From NCBI RefSeq assembly GCF_009914755.1, contig NC_060941.1: a DNA stretch of 64,000 bases. One strand, 5' to 3'. The notes below the pieces were generated by a model, which was not told the DNA's origin, did not search any database, and was given only the letters and a program-made list of their open reading frames with translations. The translations under genes were made by a program, and so were the position numbers. This DNA comes from the human T2T-CHM13v2.0 reference genome, Homo sapiens. Shown here one piece after another: positions 55,874-64,000 of the stretch. The stretch's first letter is position 1; each line of letters begins with the position of its first letter.

Positions 55874-57118
55874 TGCCAACTGAAAAATCACAAGATTAAT
55901 AAAGTTGGAAAGGAGAGCTTTATTTCTCATAAAAGGCTGCAGCCTCCAGGCTGACCATCCTGCAAGCTGGGAAGCGTAGCCTCTGGCAGAAGCCAAGAGT
56001 AAGCATTTTGAGGGAGGGAAATGTGAGAAAGGAATGTATGCTGAGTGAGGTGGCCAAATGCACTATTTAATAAGCTACAGGAGGAGTCATGAATATTTAT
56101 GAAAAGACAAATGTAAGCATGTGCAATTGAGCTTCATGCCTCTTCATGGGTCGCATGTTCACAAATGGTGGCATTAGCATGATCCAAGGATGGAGTTTTT
56201 GGCCCTCTGATGTTGAAAGGTGAGGCAGAGGATGTGAAAACCCTCACCGCACATCCTCTGTAGACTGGCCAGACCACTCCATGGTTGGTGGTCTCTTATC
56301 AGGAAGGAATGCCAGCCAGTTGGTTGCTGTGTTGAAACTGCAAAAGGCGGGAGGAAGGAATCCAGTCACAGCTTCAGATGATGGGCTAAAGGTGATAAAG
56401 GAATGATTCATCTGTTTCTTATTTTCCAGAGCTGGTTTCTGCTTACTCCTTAGGAAAGAATTCTGGTTAAAAGTTAATAAGGAGGGGGCATACTGAGGCA
56501 TGTCTGACCTCCCATCCTGTCATGGTCAGGGACTCTGTTTTTTTCTTTCTTTCCTTCTTTTTTCTTTTTCTTATTATACTTTAAGTTCTGGAATATATGT
56601 GCAGAACGTGCAGGTTTTTTACATAGGTGTACATGTGCCATGGTGGTTTGCTCCACCCATCAGCCCATCATCTATATTAGGTATTTCTCCTAATGCTATC
56701 CCTCCCCTAGCCCCCCACCCCCCAAAAGGCCCCAGTGTGTGATGATCCCCTCCCTGTGTCCACGTGTTCTCATTGTTCAACTCCCACTTATGAGTGAGAA
56801 CATGCGGTGTTTGGTTTTCTGTTCCTGTGTTAGTTTGCTGAGAATGATGGTTTCCAGCTTCATCCTTGTCCCTGCAAAGGACATGAACACAACCTTTTTT
56901 ATGGCTGCATAGTATTCCATGGTATATATGTGCCACATTTTCTTTATCCAGTCTATCATTATTGGGCATTTGGGTTGATTCCAGGCCTTTGCTATTGTGA
57001 ACATTGCTGCAATAAACATACATGTGACTCTGTTTTTAAGGTTTCTCTTCGGTCCCCTTGGCCAAGACAGAGTCCGTTCAGTCAGCTGGGGGACTTAGGA
57101 TTTTAGTTTTATTTCTCA
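55874..57118 (-). mobile_element. ERV1 solo LTR (MER50-like), interrupted by L1PA
   Basis: Minus-strand start TGAGAAATAAAACTAAAATCCTAAGTCCCCC; LTR sequence resumes across the L1 TSD. Confidence 0.75.
56543..57025 (-). mobile_element. 5'-truncated L1PA 3' end
   Basis: L1PA 3' UTR; 12-bp TSD gactctgttttt (56531-56542, 57026-57037) at a TT/AAAA endonuclease site. Confidence 0.92.
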
Positions 57119-57716
57119 GTGGTAACACTGACCCTTCCCAGATACTTCAGAAGAGCAATTTGGCTTTGTCCTGAGAAAAAGTGATCTCCCTGACACTCCT
57201 TTCTTTTATCCTCCAAGGAGAGCACCATGGCAGAGATAAGAACTAAGGACTGTTTTCCCTAGACCCATGTTTTCCGCTGACACAACATCAAACATAGAAA
57301 CAAGTTTTGCTTAATATTTTATAAATTGAACACTAAAAACAAAGTGTATTTACTGTGTTGAGAACTTTGACCTCTCACTCACAAAGCATGCAACTGGGTA
57401 TTTGGGAGGCACTGTTCCTGGTGAAGGTAGCTGAGAGGTAACTATCAGTGGACAGTAATCCCAGCATGTGTGGAGAACTGCCGGGATAAATTGAACAAGG
57501 GCGGTTTTCATGAGGCATGCAGGTAGCTCCAGGGAATGAACTCTCCCTGAGGAAAGAGAGAATAGAGTCCACAAACTGGGTCTAAGACATTCTGAGCAGA
57601 GGATGGAGTATCACTCAGACGGTCTTCCAAGGTCTCCTGTCTAAGCTGCAGCAGCATCAACAACAAAGGAGTAGATATTAAGTGAACTAGAATATGAGAG
57701 CACAAGAATTTAAGAC

Positions 57717-58022
57717 TGGCCAGGTGCAGTGGCTCACACTTGTAATCCCAGCAATTTGGGAGGCTGAAGTAGGCAGATCACTTCAGCCCAGGAGTTCAAG
57801 ACCAGCATGGATAACCCAGCGAAACCCCTCTCTACAAATAATACAAAAATTGGCCATGCATGGTGGTGCATGCCTGTAGTCCCATGTACTCAAGAGGCTA
57901 AAGTGGGAGGATAGCCTGAGCCTGGGAAGTTCAAGGCTGCAGTGAGCCGTGATCATGCCGCTGCACTCCAGCTGGGGTGACAGAGTGAGACTCTGTCTCC
58001 AAAAAAAAAAAAAAAAAAAATT
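57717..58022 (+). mobile_element. Alu (J-type)
   Basis: TSD aagaatttaagactg. Confidence 0.92.
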
Positions 58023-59048
58023 TAAGAATTTAAGACTGACATGTGATGATGGAACCGGCATCATCACAGCAGGGGAGATAGTATCAGCTTCATCTCAAGG
58101 AGAGAAGACATAATTAGCAGATTGGTTAATCTGGGAATAATCTGCAGACTGAGGGAGTGGCCTTGGCACAAACCACAGCATGCACAGTGATGGGAGCCAT
58201 TAACCTTGGTTAGACATCAGCAGGCACCAGTAGGGGCCAGGCACCAGTACCGTGGTCACTGTTAGCATTTGCAAACACCTGACTTGTAATATCCTAATTT
58301 GATTCTAAATAACTTTGAGGGGGAGGGTCCCGAAATTCATATGTAGTTCCCATGGTTAAACAATTCAAGTGAGAAAAGAAACACTTTCAAAATAGGTTGG
58401 GTATTGCTCAAATATGGAAGATGGCAAGGTGGTGCTTTTTAGTATTGAGTTATTCAGTATTTCACAAAGGAGAGTTTCAGAGATGTTTTGAGCACTAACA
58501 GCATTGTGTCTCCCCAGGAGGATGTATAAGCTCTGGGTGCTTGTTTGAAATCAATTTTGTCCTCTCATAATCACACCTCATGTGTAACTGACAAGCAGAG
58601 AGTGAACTCTGGGTTCAGTCCTGCCATTGATTCTTCCTCACTGTGAGGAAGAGAAAAAATTAGTAGCACAATTCCTGGCATTTGGTAGGTGTTCAATAAA
58701 TATTAACTTCTGTCATCCCTGCTAGGGACTTAAAAGAATGAGTGGAACTGTCTAGAGATGCTCACCGTTGCATTTTACTGAGTAAGGTCCCATGAGAAAT
58801 ATGTTTATCATATTCAGACGAGGCCTCTTGTCCTAGTGATCCTACTTGTTTTATGCTGGCCTAAGTGGATGCTGGGACTCACTGTGCTTAATGAATGTTA
58901 ATGAAGGTGATGAAGACCTTTTAGGAGATGATTAACCTATAAAGTCCTCCTTCTGCTTTCAAGTGGCTTTATAAGAAGCACACAGAGAGTCAACACTTTG
59001 AAAAGAATGAATACAAATGAGAATCATGTCTGCTTTGCAAGAGGAAAG

Positions 59049-59054
59049 TTTATT
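59049..59054 (-). terminator. Candidate KRT33B polyadenylation signal
   Basis: AATAAA (minus) ~315 nt past the stop codon. Confidence 0.6.
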
Positions 59055-59368
59055 AGGCGATTTGGGGAACTGCAATAAAGGTAGAAGCAGCAGAGAGAAC
59101 AAAACACCTCGTATGCCACTGTCACAGCTCCAACCTCTGACCATCAGAACTCAGACTGACTACAGGAGAGGGACCTGGGGTGAGGAGGATCAAGTAGCCC
59201 TAGGCTCAGAGTCAGACCCAAACGCTGGGCATTTGTTCTCCTTCCAGACCATGATTTGTGGTGATGCCTCGGGGTGGGGTCCGGTGGCTGATGGTTGTCA
59301 GAGAGGCAGAACTGGCCCACCGATGGTAGTTCTGTCTTCATGCTATACTTCTGCTGGCCCCAGGGTAT

Positions 59369-63535
<4,167 letters not shown>

Positions 63536-63786
63536 TTAATCATGAAATGGGTTATACTAAGAAATGCCTTGTGCCTTAAAGTGAAATGCTATTTTCTTTC
63601 AGCCACATTCCTCCCAAATAGCTTTGAGTCCTTTCAGATTTTCAGCTCTGAGATAAAAGGAGGATTTGATCATAAAACTGATCATTTCAAAACCAGGACA
63701 ACCAATGTGAATTCATCATGAATTCTATTCTTATCTGCTTCTGGCTTCCTGCAATAATTAGGTTACTGGGTATCCAACCCTTCGGT

Positions 63787-63883
63787 TGGGTGACCAACCA
63801 TCCCAGTTAACTTAGGACTGAGGGGTTTCTGGGATGCTAAAATGGGAAAAATCCCAGGCAAGCCAGAACAACTTGGTTATCCA
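63787..63883. mobile_element. MER81-like hAT-Blackjack MITE
   Basis: gggtgaccaaccatcccag...ttggttatcc terminal inverted repeats. Confidence 0.65.
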
Positions 63884-64000
63884 ACACATTCCACCTGCTA
63901 ACTTCTCTCCACTCTCCCCTCATATTGCCCTTGTTCATGCCTTTGCAAAAAGCTTCTTGCTGTACCCAGAATGCCCTCACCCACTAGCAAGACCCCTTGT

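Overview
Human-like (primate) genomic DNA that matches the chr17q21.2 boundary between the keratin-associated-protein cluster and the type I (acidic) hair-keratin cluster. All four protein-coding genes are on the minus strand: single-exon KRTAP16-1 (3204-4757), single-exon KRTAP17-1 (10861-11178), complete 7-exon KRT33A (41651-46299, 404 aa), and exons 2-7 of KRT33B (59369-63523; exon 1 lies beyond the window). Between KRTAP17-1 and KRT33A is a GC-rich duplicated block (~18.5-31.9 kb) carrying an unprocessed, plus-strand TBC1D3/USP6-family pseudogene (probably TBC1D3P7). It appears to lack most TBC-domain exons but to keep ancestral sequence in its last exon, a 43-bp and an ~890-bp segment absent from the human TBC1D3 sequence as I recall it. 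The rest is Alu, L1, L2, MIR, LTR and DNA-transposon debris. Non-gene structures of note are a KRTAP16-1 5' fragment copied into an L2, a 53-bp fold-back hairpin on a local duplication, an old inverted duplication, a KRT33A/KRT33B gene-conversion tract, and a shared TATA-plus-HOX13-like promoter layout that also occurs at one orphan site. Gene names, repeat subfamilies and comparisons with external proteins come from recall, not from database searches.
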